From: Fimbriosthenelais zetlandica
Taxonomy: Eukaryota
Direction of reading: 5' to 3'
Assembly: GCA_977030845.1 (NCBI GenBank)
Contig: OZ365114.1
Coordinates: forward strand, 14,942,001 to 15,006,000
Length of the DNA: 64,000 nt
Shown: piece after piece, positions 28,200 through 41,649 of the stretch
Layout of the letters: every line of letters starts with the position of its first letter
Numbering within the stretch: position 1 is the stretch's first letter
The notes under the pieces: generated by a model
What the model saw: only the letters and a program-made list of their open reading frames with translations
Told to the model about the DNA's origin: nothing
The model's database searches: none
Position numbers and translations under genes: made by a program

Positions 28200-29100
28200 A
28201 CACAAAGCAGAATCAGACTGTATGGGCTTGTCCTGCATGAACCCTCCTGGTCACAGTGTATTTCTGTCACCCTACTACAAGGTCAGAGTCGTCCTAACCC
28301 AGAGGGCTGGAGAGATGGATTGCGTTCCACTGGGAGAAGGACAGTTGAGCTAGTAGATGAGTTGGTCCTACTGATTGCATGATACACACTGATGAACAGG
28401 CACAGACTGATGTTTTTCACACAGGAAGTGAACCTCTGGTAAATTGGGACATTGCCAAGCTCTTGAATATCAATAATTAGATAAGCAGTTTTACATCTCC
28501 AATTTATAAGCAAGGTGTATTGCGGTAAAGGCTGGTCTTGGCACCATTATGCTGTTTGAGTTAATAAAATAATAATGTCAAGACAAATTTGAAATCGGAA
28601 GAAAAGCTTTGGATTGTGATCCTGCATGGGTGCTCATTTTCTCTGTCCGGTGTTCAATGGTAATAAAAGTCCCTTGAAGAACTCCACAAACCCCTGGAGA
28701 AAGGCAATTTCACTTCTAACTCCATACCACTAAAAGCCAAGTGTTATTCTCTTGGAGTTTAGTGCCAAGTCGGTACTGAAGTAGACACTTCTCACTCACA
28801 CAACCCTGGCGCTTCCACTATTCTATTGGGTTACGGCTACCGGAGCATTACTTGGTTGTTCATATGGCTTTGGGCAGCAGTGGCATAGTAAGTCCCACCA
28901 TAACTTCATAAATTCCTATACCTCCCATGAATGAGCAAAAGGTCTTGCCACCCATTGGTGCTCGACCAAGTTCTTGGTGCTCGTTAATGAATTGTGACCA
29001 GCCTCCGACCTCCTGTAGAAAGAGCACTTCTGGTCACCCAGGAAGTAAGTCAAGTAGAATGCTCAATGAATAGTCAGGATAATTTTAGGCATTTCCCCGC
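28200..29100 (-). mobile_element. Ngaro-group (DIRS order) RT fossil
   Basis: APMGGKTFC (cf. LPMGC..SC), GLCE..TP..LAFSGMELEVKLP (cf. LC..LGVP..GP...L.FLGIELD..LP), MVPRPAF (cf. VV.PGRAF). Confidence 0.5.
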
Positions 29101-29991
29101 TGGGGCCCTCGAGACTGGGGACCTCAGAAGAGCTCCGTCCTGCCTAAGTTCACCGTATTATGACTCTCAATGGAGTCTGTGACGGCTCCTTGAAGATCGG
29201 AATGGGAGGTGTTGGAGAGAGCAGTTTGCATATTGTGGTATTCTGTAGATACACATTGGCTTTTGTTGCTCGCACCTTCAGGACCAATATTGATGGAAAG
29301 CAGAGGGGATTGGGTGACTGACCCATGTTTAGTGGACTCTCGGGAATGGCCAGTGGTCGAGCTGCTGATGGACTGAGAGTGGAATGAGTTGTGACCGGTG
29401 AAGCAGGCTATCAAGTCACTCGGCTCTCACTCTATATGCCTAGACAGTAGATAGCATTTAGGTGGCTGCTTTACACTCCAGACGCGGTGGGATAATTATT
29501 TCCACCAGGTAGTAGTACTCCGTCCATGTTGCAGCCGTTGCGCCATCACAAGGGAACACTCGATCAGACCTGCTGACGCAACCCATGAAAAATACACCTC
29601 CAAGCATCCCAAGGCTAATACATTATCATCGCTTTTCGCGGAACATTTTCAGTCATCATGTCCGCAAGGTCAAGGCTCATTAAAGGAGATACTGTTTCTC
29701 GTTATATTATATACATCTTTATATAATTTATTTCCTCCGGTGTGATTCTGGCTTATAGGTCAGACCCAGGCTGAGAAAGATATATCACCGCAGTTGGATC
29801 TATAGATGACATCGTGTTTACATTTCATAAATCATTATATTCCATTAGGAACATGGCCTCCCTGTGCAGCAATCTGATGGTCCAGTCCTATTTATTTTAT
29901 AAACATGAAAAACTAATGAGAGTATGATTATCTATGCAATTTGCTTGAAATATGGGCCCCGGGAGATTCGGGAAAGCCCATCATAAATTAT

Positions 29992-30267
29992 TCACATTGA
30001 TGAATCCGCAGAGAGCTGGAGATTTGCATACACATTGTCGAAGATGATAATTTGGGTGTCATTTAAGTGGTTTATGAGAGTGAAGTTAAAAGCGGAGAAG
30101 TCTGGAACAAAAAAAATATGTGGTCCTCCACGACAGAGGACAGGAGGTAGCAACCTTTTCCTCATTCTTAGGTCAGCACTCTTGAAGTCACCGAACAACC
30201 CACATGTTGTTCTCCCACTTGATACATACATCAAAACCACTTTTGTTTCAAATCTGATTCTAAACAT
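29992..30267 (-). mobile_element. LINE APE-endonuclease fragment
   Basis: VVLMYVSSG (cf. GV++YV), LCRGGP..F (cf. YRPP..F), IIIFDNVYANL (cf. ++++GD+N). Confidence 0.42.
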
Positions 30268-30644
30268 GACTCTGATTCCATTATAGTGCTTGTTCAGTAT
30301 TCATTACTTTATGCTATGCAGACAATATTGAATGATGCGAGTATTGAGTAGCAACCATTTAGATTAGCATTTCAGTGCGTTTGCAATTGAAGTCTAGTGT
30401 GATTTAAGAGGAAGACTACAGACACGAATATTTTGCTACTCTTGAATCCCCCAAGGTCTGTAATATTCCATATCCACAATATAATTACATTTGATGCATG
30501 ATATTCGGCCATTTAATATGAAAGCCGGTATTATATCGTACACTGGGATATAAAGCGAAAGGCAGTTACATTATCTCCAGAAGTCATTAAAAATCAATTA
30601 TTCAAAATAAGGAGCCATAGACAATACAGCTTCAACAATCGAAT

Positions 30645-30941
30645 TTACATGTATCTGTTGTGAGAAATGTTATAGAAACACCTATAAACTCCCCAAAGGC
30701 TCGTAGACCTGTATTGTGCAATTAAACTGATAAAATGATATTTTAACATTAAAAGCTTTACCGGGAACATTAACCCTATCTTAGCTCTGTACTGTTCGTG
30801 TATGCTCGATCTTAAAACAGATTCAACACAATAATTATCGCTTGGCATAATGGAACAGGACTCTAAATTCAGAGAGGATATTTGTTGTATTGTGTAGGCC
30901 TTGTGATCGCGTAGACATTCTACCTCCCAGAAGTAATTCAT
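30645..30941 (-). mobile_element. Possible CR1/L2-like ORF2 C-terminal fragment
   Basis: IMPSDNYC resembles ++P++DYC; weak. Confidence 0.25.
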
Positions 30942-31499
30942 CCTACTCCATTAGTGATTATGATCAAGGTATAATATAACCCCTTGTCTCATTTGACTCT
31001 GACTGAAACATCAAGCCATTTTTCTTGGCATTAAGTTGAAACTCATAAATATGGCGCACACGAAGCCAATTGTTCTACAACTGCACAGGTGTACTAGAGT
31101 AGTACTGGACAAGGAAGGGTTGCCCCTTATATAGATCTATAAAGTACATTATCTTAACTTAAAAGTAACAAAGGAGTGTCTGCTTTGATAACTCTTAAGA
31201 TTTCAATGCGACTCATATCTTTTTTTTCAACACTTTTAAGATGTATAAATAACCTTACAATATGCTATGCTACCAAAGGTTGATACACTTGAAAGTAGCT
31301 GTATAGACACTCAATATTGGGTTTGATAAAAACAACTTTAAGTTTAAGAAAGCATTGTGAGCACTCTTGACAGGTGTGTGAGTATATAAAAGGGAGTGTC
31401 TGAAGTTTTAATCCCTTACCATATCTTAAATTGATAAATCTTTGTGATATTTGGTACTTACTGTAAATGTATGCAGTATGTAAATATGTCTGAGTTACC

Positions 31500-32200
31500 C
31501 AAGATCATCATAATAGTCCTGAAAAGAAGATGACGTTGTTTTGCTATATTATTAAAGCTAGCAAAGCAATTCCTTCACCTACATACATTAGGAATCCCCA
31601 GTCCTCAAATAGCTCTTTCCCATGCAACATAACCATCAGAAAAAAACTCTCCTCCCCGAGTTCCAACTGCTGTCTATTGACAGGCGTCGGTGTGGATAGA
31701 ATTAGGTACATGTCGTGGAAGCGTATTAAAAGCAGCAGTTTCGCCCAAACGACCATAGAATCGACCCTCAAGTAGTTGAAGTAGAAGTCAAAAGAATCTT
31801 ATTGGCATCATTACCTCCGATGATGGAAAGTTACACGCTGAGGAGCCTGCTAAATGGATTCCACTTGGTGAAGGAGAAGGGACATTGTAAGGTCTCCTCC
31901 AGTTCCATTTTTACTGGCCGGAAACAGTGTATACAGTTTTTTATTCGTGATTTATTGAGAGTGAGAGCTTGAGTTGGCAAGCCTTTAATACCACAGGTCG
32001 TTAGGATGGAACCTGCTCGTCTTGGACGAGGTGGCTTAAAGCATTGCAGCATGTATGAATAATGCCCTCCATTCCCATGATTAAATCCTTGATAATAGTA
32101 CCATTGAAGAAACGTGTGTATATGTATAAAAGCCCTGCTAGGAATTAATGGCTCAATTACTTTAAGTGTTTTTCCGGATTGCAATGACACATTACTGTAA
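31500..32200 (-). mobile_element. L1/Tx1-like RT fragment
   Basis: QGFNHG..YML..FKP..AGSILTTCGIKGL resembles G+RQG..LF..EPL..IR...IKG+; degenerate. Confidence 0.4.
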
Positions 32201-32557
32201 ACTTCCACGAAGGGGATTTTTTGAGATTTGGTTTAAAAAGAAAAGCTGTGTCCGAGCGACAATAGACCAAAGCCCAATGTCACCGAGTGACTATGGGAGG
32301 ATCACATTACTCTCTGAGTCGCTCTCTCTCTCTCTCTTCTCTCTCAACCCAAAATATATTTAAAATAGTTTCATTCATAACTGCCTTGTTTTTTGCATTT
32401 ACTCCAATGAATTGCAATTCGGTATTTAAAGTCCTAATATAGTACGTACATTCATCTTTCATGTACCGTACGATGAACAGTTTTAACCATGCCTAAATAA
32501 CCAATTCAAATGAATGGGTGTATTTCATCACCCATCTGTCTCTTAACTAGGCCAGAT

Positions 32558-32840
32558 TCAGAGTATACATATAGTTATACATGGTTTGGAGGTATTCCCT
32601 AAAGTGAAAGGAAATACATACTTTCTCTCAACAATGAAGGCACCTATACTTATGTTTAATGCAGGAGACAGAACAAGGCACGTGGCCCGGATGTATAATT
32701 TCCTCGAGAACCCATTTCCCTCCAAGATGTACGACTGACCAACACGCAGGCAATAGGTCAGTGGAGTGGTCCCCAACAATTTGTTCACCATACAAAGTCC
32801 CCTCCCAATGACATGGGTTTCTTTCAAATGGTTTCACAAA
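32558..32840 (-). mobile_element. Possible Gypsy integrase C-terminal fragment
   Basis: KPFE..LYGEQIVG..DLL resembles SPFELLYGR.VRGPLD+L. Confidence 0.33.
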
Positions 32841-34149
32841 GTCTATGAATAATGTTCAGGCCACATAATTATTCACTTTATCTTAAGTCTCGCGATTTAT
32901 TGTTTTGTAATATTCACAATGATAATGAGTTTCTGCTACTGTAATAGACACTCATCCTTGATGTATTGTCAGATCTTTTCTCCTTAACGGGTTTTCCACC
33001 CACAAGCTTCCAGATTCAAATTCTCGGTCGATTGTACATGCATGAGATGTAAATGCTTCCACTGCCTTGCTTCCATGGATATGCTGAACATTCTAGAAGG
33101 AAAAGAGAATCCATAAAAACATGTTGGACTGCACAAATATTCTAATGCATATATCCGCCCATAGAGCGTGTGTACAATTTGACTGCGCGCATACATATCA
33201 TTGATGAAAAACCCATCTGCCGAGGCCGCCAGTTGTTTTCTTTTTAGATATTTCCCACTCCCCTAGTCCTTTAATGGCTTTATGCCGTGACCAAAATATA
33301 AATACCAGGGGCTACCGATGATTACCAATGAGATGTATTGATAGATTTGTCCTCGGGGGCCGCCTGCCAGTATAAGTTGAACCGAAGAAGAGTCCAAACA
33401 CAATAAAGGTATGCCATACACACGTATATGTCATCTTTTATGGTGCATTGTCTGTCCCACCAGGATCTATTCGGGCCCTATTATATGATATTTTATGGAC
33501 CGCGAACAAAAAACTCTGCGATGAAATTCTGATAGCTTGGGATCCTTTCTGAAATATACAGGCCTATAAATTGATATGGAAGATAGGATCAGAAATGTGA
33601 AAACGTGATTTATAACTTTCTGCATCTTAATCGCAACTATGATTTGTGGAGTTGTGTATGAATACGTCTACAAACGATATCCATCTGATGCCGGTTATAT
33701 TGATATTCTTTTTTCATTTTCATCATTCGTCATATTGGATGGTTTTTCCCTCTTGCTTTTATTTGACGCATGTTCATTATGCCTTTCAGCATCACACTGA
33801 CTGTAGGCGTTGCCTTGATTTTATAAGAGATCATAGTGTCTCCTTGTACTCTACTTCTGTGTCTAGAAGTGTTTTTTGTCACATACATTCTGACTTTGTA
33901 GGACATTGATACTTGTGTTTTTCTCTTATTGAGACCCTGACGTAGCTACAGATCTTTGTCGCCAAATACTCTTGTGCCTTTAAGTTTTTTGGAGAAGACT
34001 ATTTCAGACTTTAAGAATGTACATGCATATCTTAAAGACATAGATGTATACATCAAGTATTATACACTCATTTCTTGCCAATTGATGCTCTATAGTTGGT
34101 CCATTATTCAGACAAGGTGACCATTCGTATAGACCAGATAACCAAGTCC

Positions 34150-34440
34150 CCAGACAAGACCTTATAGCCTGGTCAAAAACCTATGGGTGGTCGTGTGCCA
34201 CCAAAACCGTTACGGACCACAATTTGTGTCAGCAGCCCTCCATACACATGCCAGTCCCGATAATCGGTTGTGATGATCAGACCTTGTTTATGGAGACATT
34301 ATGCCTGCCAAAGTGCCCCAACGTGACCGTCCACAGTGAGATTCAATTGAGACTTGCCACAGTTTGATAACCACGACCATTTGTGGCAGACCTGGCCGAA
34401 TATTGGCTGCCCAATCTAGCTGACTGACATTTGTATAGGT
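34150..34440 (+). mobile_element. RTE-clade LINE 3' fragment
   Basis: DLVYGDI..DRPQ..ILAAQSS (from 34280) resembles DLLYGEL..GRPQ..LAADRS. Confidence 0.48.
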
Positions 34441-37249
34441 CATGTCCATGCCCGGTCATAAATTCTTTGTACTGAAGGGTATAACTGCTCTCTCAGTGAG
34501 TGGAGAGAGACATGCAGTTCCTAATATTACTCCTTGGGTGATCTCAATTGTGCTCATTTGCTGTAGGAGAGGCAGTTTCCAGTAGACATAATAAGAAAGT
34601 GATTGCCTGTTACATCCTGCTGGTGGGTGGGGTGCCATTAATGGCTATAGCCTCCTCCAAATACAACCAGATAATTCTCTGTTGCTCCAAAGTTCCAAAG
34701 ACATAAAATTTCCAGTAAGGTCATTTGGTCCTTCCTGTGCAGATGGTCGCCATTTTGTAGTCATCGTAGTAATAGCAAGTGCTATTAATTTTATTTGAAG
34801 TAAGTTTTTCGTTCTTGACAGTTTTTTTTTCAGAAGTACTTTTCCCAAGTTCCGAATGCTGAGTGCTAAATGTTGCGAAGAATTTTCCGCGAAAATGTTT
34901 CTCTACCTCTATTATCTGCTTCAGCCTACTCTGTGAACCTTTGCGGAAAAACCTCACATGCAAGGGATAAGCGCATCACTCTGTGTTGTTCCATCATAGG
35001 ACCCCAAAGCCTCTTCCCCTTAATTTACACATATATAAGATCCAAGGCTCCCCATCTCTTAATTTACTCCCAGCCTCAGGCAGGGAGACCCTTACAGTCT
35101 ATATAAATAACATCATGTTATGCAATTAGACACGGTGGAAATCTAATTAACAGTGCTGCTAGCTGGTTTTATCACATTATTGTTTGATTCGCCTCTTATC
35201 ATTAGGCCTCCACCAAGTTGGAGTGAATAGCAGAACACTTCATGCAAACCTAAAGGTTTATTCCTAACTTGATCAGACATTAAGCTGATAAGTCCTTCCT
35301 AGAAGAAGGCAATCGTCTGTGAGATAGTAGTATTGCTTCAGAGCAGCCTCAGACCATTGACTAATGCAATAAATTTGCTGAGCCCATCGAAGTCCAGTTG
35401 GGAAAAGTAGTTATTTGCTATCAAGGTTCCCCTGCGACAACCTCTTGGCTGTGGAACAAGGAGGAGGATACCCCCAGACCCTGAGGATTATCCATCACTT
35501 GTCCTCGTAGAAGGCACTGGTATTAAAGCCACTATACATACCTGGCAGTCCCTTAAGACCTTGGCTGGATTGGATTAGGATTAGGCTTATGGGCATTGGA
35601 GTCGCCGGATAGGTTTACAGTCGGGAAATCCATATTGATTTGTATTGCTTAAAATATAAACTTCATTTTATGTTACTGCAAGTAAACTATATATAAACCT
35701 GAAGGAGTTACACAGAACTGTTGGCGATATCTATATGATATAGTAACAACATTGCTGCGATATATCTAAAATCACTACATATCATGAGACACTTGAGTGA
35801 TGCACTTAAAGAAAGTGGATGTTAAACCAAATCTAGTAAGAGTATCTGCTTTGAGTTAATAAATGTAGACGGGCTGCAGCAGAACCTTCCACGGATGGGG
35901 ATCCAAGTCACGAAGTGTCGTGGGACATATAAAAGCCTTCCGTTGTGGACAGGTACGGTGCGTATACAGGGCCAATAGACATAGCTTTACCACCCTCAAG
36001 CTGACCAAACATTCCTCTTATCATAGCTCCAATATCCCAAACAAGCCTTCTTATAGAACAAAAACAGGCAGTTTTTAGACAGGCGGCTTATGTTCTTGGT
36101 TCCCCGGTGGCTGACTCAGATGGCTGTATCTGCATTGTAATAACCGGTAATGGAGATATAAATTATCTCTAGCCCCCGTCTTGCAGTGTGATGCAGCGGT
36201 AGGTACAATAGAGATGCTCTTGTCAGTGATACACTGAAGCCAGTGACCTCTTATGAAGGGAGAGGAGTGGGAATACTAATCTCCAGGATCATTGTTACTG
36301 TGGTCTGTCCCTCATAGATCCTTCATTATCGCCAGTCCATCTGGCCATTTATGTCGGGTATTATTTAGAGCACCGGCCAAATGGCTTTCATGAGCAAACT
36401 GTAAGAGTTTGAGCCAAGGTTTGTAAAGACCATTATAGAGGATTGATGCTAACACCTGAGGAGCGATGGAAGTTCTTTCAAAGGACCAATAGAGGGGATA
36501 ACTATAATGCTATCACCTACCCATTGTCGTTCACAAGCAGAAGCTAATCTGAACCCTATTGTAATTACCTATCTCTTGAGAAATGATGAACATTTGTGGT
36601 TCTCCTTATTCTTAACTGGTGAATGCAGGTTTTTGTTAGATGTCCTTTCGATGACCTTCCAGGCTTATGCAAGGCCCCCTAATAACCCGGAAATTTAAAA
36701 TTTTGTGTACCACCCGGAAGTGGCTGCGTTGTACAACAATGCTTTAGCCTATAGTTGTCTTAGATGAGGGACCTTGTCGTTATACAATACCAAGCTCTTA
36801 TTAGTTATGGTTTTTCAGAAGTGATTGTCCTTACATATTGTAACACGAGAAGGATAATAGAAAGGGAAAAACATGTCCCCAGCTCTTTGTTTCGATCGCC
36901 TTTTGTCTTCAACATAAATCTAAGATGCTGCAATCTCTTGAATAATTTGCCTCATTAAGTTCATGTATAGATTCAACTGCTGAGCAGAGTGTTGTTTTAC
37001 AAGAAATATTTCTTGTTTCCATCATGTGTGCCTTGAAATTCTCCTCCGATACTATGCTTTAAAATCGAAGCTTTTCTAGCTTTCTCTGCTCAGCAAGTAA
37101 CTATAGGCTTTCATATATGGGGCGTTATATATGACACTTGGTTATGGAATGGTGTTCCCATATGCAGACTCGTGCCTGGGGCTGTTGTCATATTTATAGG
37201 TGCATAATCTGTCCCCCACCCATACTGCTAGTGTCAGTTATGGACATGA

Positions 37250-37680
37250 AGCCAATTCATCAAGACTAATCATTATATGTTTCAGCTGAGGCAAACCTCA
37301 GACTGTGTAGGTTCTGTTTTTTCTCTCCATAAAACTCCCCAGTGTAAGAATAGACTCTTAAGCTTTTAAGAGTGACGTCTTCTTCATAATTATTCGTCTT
37401 TTCAATTCTCAGCAGCCACCGGTTTGGCTTACATATGAACAGGAACATTGCTCTTTCCAAATTTCCCAAGTCCATAGCAGCATTGCTTCCAAGAATAGAT
37501 GTCACTTCATTGTGAGGCACTTTATCATGCTCTATCAGAGACATGCCACTTTACATCCATCAAGCGCTATGAGTCTTTCCTGGCAGTGTGTCTGTCATTG
37601 TTTAACCTTCCCCAATAGTTGCCAGGCCTTGCATGATGGGAGGAAGACCTCATTCATGTTTTCATAGCACAAGATGTATC
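37250..37680 (-). mobile_element. RTE-clade LINE 3' fragment
   Basis: DKVPHNEV..RW..YTGEF resembles DKVPN.EVL..LRW..LYGEL. Confidence 0.42.
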
Positions 37681-37949
37681 AAAGTTGCATGTAGTGAGAA
37701 TCAGACTTTCTATCCAAGACCGTCTGGCCCGGCATCGCTATTCAATCAATGTGAATTGCTATGGTACTGAGATGTTATTCCCTAAGTGGAAGATGCGGAG
37801 CCAAATGTATAAAAAAAACAAGACCTGCAGTGGTTTTCTCCGGTCTCTTTTCAGCACGTTCCTTGTATAAAAGACCTCTTTCCTATGTTCCAGCACATCC
37901 TGGCTAAGCCTGAGAGGAAAGGGCTTTGACTTGCTTTTGCATCAACATC

Positions 37950-38760
37950 TTCCGTCACTAACAGTTATCTCAATTTCTTTTGCAGCATGCACACCAAGAT
38001 GTCCGCAGGGGAAATTCGAATTCACCCCATGCCATGGAACTCAAGATCGGCAGTGCAGAGGTAAGGCTTCTTCCTGATTACCATTCTTACTCTGGGAGAC
38101 ACCTACCGGCAGTCTATCATAGTTTGGCAGTATTCTGATGGAATCGTTCAAAACGTGACGCTCCTTTTCATCCATTGGACTGGATCAATGGCGGTTTGGG
38201 GCAGAAATTCTCTGACTCGATCCCCTTCAGTAACTGTGTCCTCCACAAGCTGCCTGAGGCATTGTACTGGGTCGCGGTGTCACTTTTGAAGAGGGTCCTT
38301 GACTGTCGTTTGGGGAAATAACACATCCATGCCCTGCAATAATACCCTACGGTCAGGCGTGGCTTGAAAAGGAAGCAGAAATGGTTACCTTAGATCTGTC
38401 AGCCGTATATTACACCAATTAAGCAAACAGCGTGCTCCACCGATCACCCCCCTTTTTTGCTCCCAGGCCTCTCCACTTTTTGATTGACTTTCTTCGCCAT
38501 GTGCCATCTCTTCACAGTCCTTTTCAGCATGTGGATTTACATCGATATTTGGCCGGGAGGGCCCGGCTGTCCATCACTCTGGGTCTCAAAACCAGCTTCT
38601 CTCCAAGCTGTTAGAATCGACTGCCTCAGATCATATTCTCAGTGCAAATGCGACCAGAAAATAATAAGAATGCCAGCTGAAAAGATTGTATTTGGGAAGG
38701 ATATTGTTAAGCACTCTTCCATGGTCTAAACGTCTGTGCACATGGTAGTGGAGATCTGCT
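37950..38760 (+). mobile_element. Gypsy RT-RNase H fossil
   Basis: PQGKFEF (38003) with frameshift into MPW..SAVQR; LKRKQKW..CQ..IKQ..P..LLP; HRYLAGR. Confidence 0.68.
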
Positions 38761-39099
38761 GAATTTCCCTGGTAGTGACTATGGTACTGACTGTATCTCA
38801 TTCACTGACAAAGACATTTTTGCCTGCCAGGAAACCTGACAATTACTGTCATTGGTGTGTGTGCTTATCTCTAGAGGAAAATTAATTACCTTTCTTTGCA
38901 TAAATGCAGATATTCTAGATAAATTCTTATTTTGCATAATTATGCGAGCCTCCTGACGTTGTTGCGCAGTTAAGTTCATTAACAGAAACATACACAATGA
39001 CTTTCAAGCTATTATATTTCATGATCATGAAAATAATTATTAAATGACAACTTATAAGCGGATGTATTTTGTTGTTGTCTTGGATTCTTTACAATGACA

Positions 39100-39760
39100 A
39101 TATATAGCAAATGAATAACTGAAATCATGAGCCTAAAAAGTGTTATCAATTCCAGTAAGATGTGTTTCCGTTCTTGGTGACATCTCTATCCTGTCGGAAT
39201 TCAAAGACAGTTATTAGTTCAATGCTTTTTGCCATTCCTCTGAAGCAAAATTATGCTGACTAGATGAAACATGATTGTTCGTTCAATCCATGATGCACAG
39301 ATATGATGCCCGATGAGTTTCAGCTTTGAATAAAGACATCTGGAGCAGAAGTCCTTCCATATGGACTGGCACGCATGGGCTTCAAAATACTCACATATAT
39401 AGGTGTGCTGTTCATGTCAGGCACTTCCAGTGAGGAAGCTTTGCTGTTGGACATACATTATGCTTAAGCATACTGTTCTCTGCCCATCAGTCGGACAAGG
39501 AAAGCATTTCTGTGGAAGTAAACAGACTTATAATTTATTCATATGTGACTCAACTGAATGAAGGTCCATCGGTCTCTGTCTGTCGCAGGGCAAATCTTAA
39601 TGCCATTGGTGAGGCTGGGTCCCGGTCGTTGTGACCTTTTTTACAACATCGTGATTGCCCGGCTCTGGACTTCCGGTTAATATGCCACGATCCCGCGTGG
39701 ACAGTCATACGATCAAAGTTCCATCGATCTTCATTCAGTGACGACATTCATGGCACTCTT
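39100..39760 (-). mobile_element. Gypsy RT fossil
   Basis: NGIKIC (cf. NGKLRIC), PYGRTSAPDVF (39332-39364), LIGHHI. Confidence 0.62.
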
Positions 39761-40169
39761 ACCTCTGACACGGCAGCCGGATCTAGCATCTGAAAGTCTG
39801 ACCTAGAGTTAGATATCTAGAGAAAAGGAAACCTTGTACTGGCAGTACTTCACAGTCGTCCCACACTATCAATAAAACATTTTAGTGAAATATGCCTCAA
39901 AATCGGTTTTAGCCCCAAATACATTATTGCGTTTCGTAGTATAAAAGCTCTAAACCTCAGCTACATGTATACGGATCCAAAACATGAGTTCTCGTTCTCG
40001 TGTCTCGTTGTTAAATTTTTTCGCAAAACTGTCTAAAAATTAATGTGTTGGTTATACACGTAGTTAACTAAGAAACAGTTTGTATGGCCCGTTTAATTTC
40101 TGACTGTAACTTTTGCACCGGTTTTGTGTTTTCATCACGATGATTCTAGGGTTTTTTTTGTGATTACAG

Positions 40170-40310
40170 ATATCAAGGACCTGCCAGAAGTACGTGTGTC
40201 GGATAACATCATCTATGAGGATCGACAGAAAGCTAAGCCCGTCTTCTCTTACTTGCTTCATCAGACCCAAAGCACCGGCCCTCTAACACACATGCTGGAA
40301 CTGAAGAGAG
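40170..40310 (+). CDS. Exon 2: (D)IKDLPEVRVSDNIIYEDRQKAKPVFSYLLHQTQSTGPLTHMLELKR
   Basis: Acceptor tttttttgtgattacag; donor GAG|GTGAGC; phase 1-1. Confidence 0.85.
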
Positions 40311-40719
40311 GTGAGCTTCATTTTACATGTCTGAATTTATGTATTGATGAAAGATACCACCTATCAAGTTATTCTTTACCCAAGGTTTGCTTACACACCT
40401 TGAGCTGATTTCCGTGTATTTTGTCTCATTGCACATGTCCTGTTTCAAGTATTTTTCATCATGTTTAATATCGATAGAGCCAGCAAGATTATTTTTTTAA
40501 TATCATCAGAAGCTGTGCACTAGATGAACAATCACTATTTTGAAGAAATTTCTCTCTCTGTAACAAGAAAAGATTGACTTTCTAAAATCAGATATACAGT
40601 ATACTGTCAGAGAGAACTTTCTGTTGGATGTAGTTCAGGAATTGAGCTATAACAGACATGTCTTGGCTATATTTGATAAGATCTATGGAGCAGTGAGGTT
40701 AGTGTTTAGATAAATCTCA

Positions 40720-41470
40720 GTTTGGAATTCTGTGGGAGTCACTGCTCAGTCACGCCTGTCAGTCAGGGACATCGGTCTTCCCAAGAGACATGGGAGCGGT
40801 GGGGAAAACCCTGACAGTCAAGGTCAGGTCACTTCCTCAGGGCTTCTGCATGGTAAAAACCTGTCATTTTTGTCACTTGACCTTTCTATCTGCCGGCATC
40901 TCCGGAGTATGAGGGAGGGATATAATGTTACAGCCACATATAAAATGTGCATGCATGTCCCCTCTCACTCTAACAGTGTCGTCTTCTACTGTGAAGGGTG
41001 TCACTCTTATCATTTGCTTCATCAGACCGATCCAAGTGAAGATACTTGGGAAAGCCAATCCATCTTTGACTTATGCCGGAAGGTGGTGGAAGAAGTTGAG
41101 ACAGGAGTTGTTTTATTATTCTGATATATATATGTATACACCATTTCCAATGTCTTGCTGGGGACATTCCAATGTGATATCCAATGCAAAAACACTTTCA
41201 AGAGGAACATCTTGGCTGATCTTCAATGCTATCTAGATTGTGTCCCACTGCCTGTGCACCAATGATGCCCAATTCTGGCAGATTCCAAGGCTTCAACACT
41301 GCAAGTGAATTCATATATGCGAATTGCAAGGGGGCTCCATATGCTTGGGGCAGGCAGCCACTATTCTCAAGTGTGTCGAGTGCCTTGGACCCGGGACATG
41401 TAGTTCATTTGTCCCCTCCTCAAGTGTCCCCTTTCATCTCATCTTGGTACTGCATTAGACAAGAGAATGG
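40720..41470 (+). mobile_element. RTE-clade LINE ORF2 3' part, decayed
   Basis: YKMCM..VVFYCE (cf. TK+.+Y..LLYG+E), VKILG, MPNSGR..IYA..GRQ. Confidence 0.55.
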
Positions 41471-41649
41471 GACTTGAGAGGCCTCTTTTATATAGTCGCT
41501 ATCAGTCCTATGCTATCCTTTATCACGGGCGTTACTGAATCAAGCATTAAGTTCTGCCGATTAGGACATTAGGGGATGGGGAGATAGATAACCATAGCTA
41601 TAATGTTTCTAGAGGTTAGGACTGCAGAGTAAACACAGGAAGTAGGTAG

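Noticed and set aside
34640-35000. Minus-strand aaaatggcg (YY1-like) start, as a LINE 5' end or gene start
   Set aside because: The ATG frame closes after a few codons and there is no supporting downstream ORF1 or exon.
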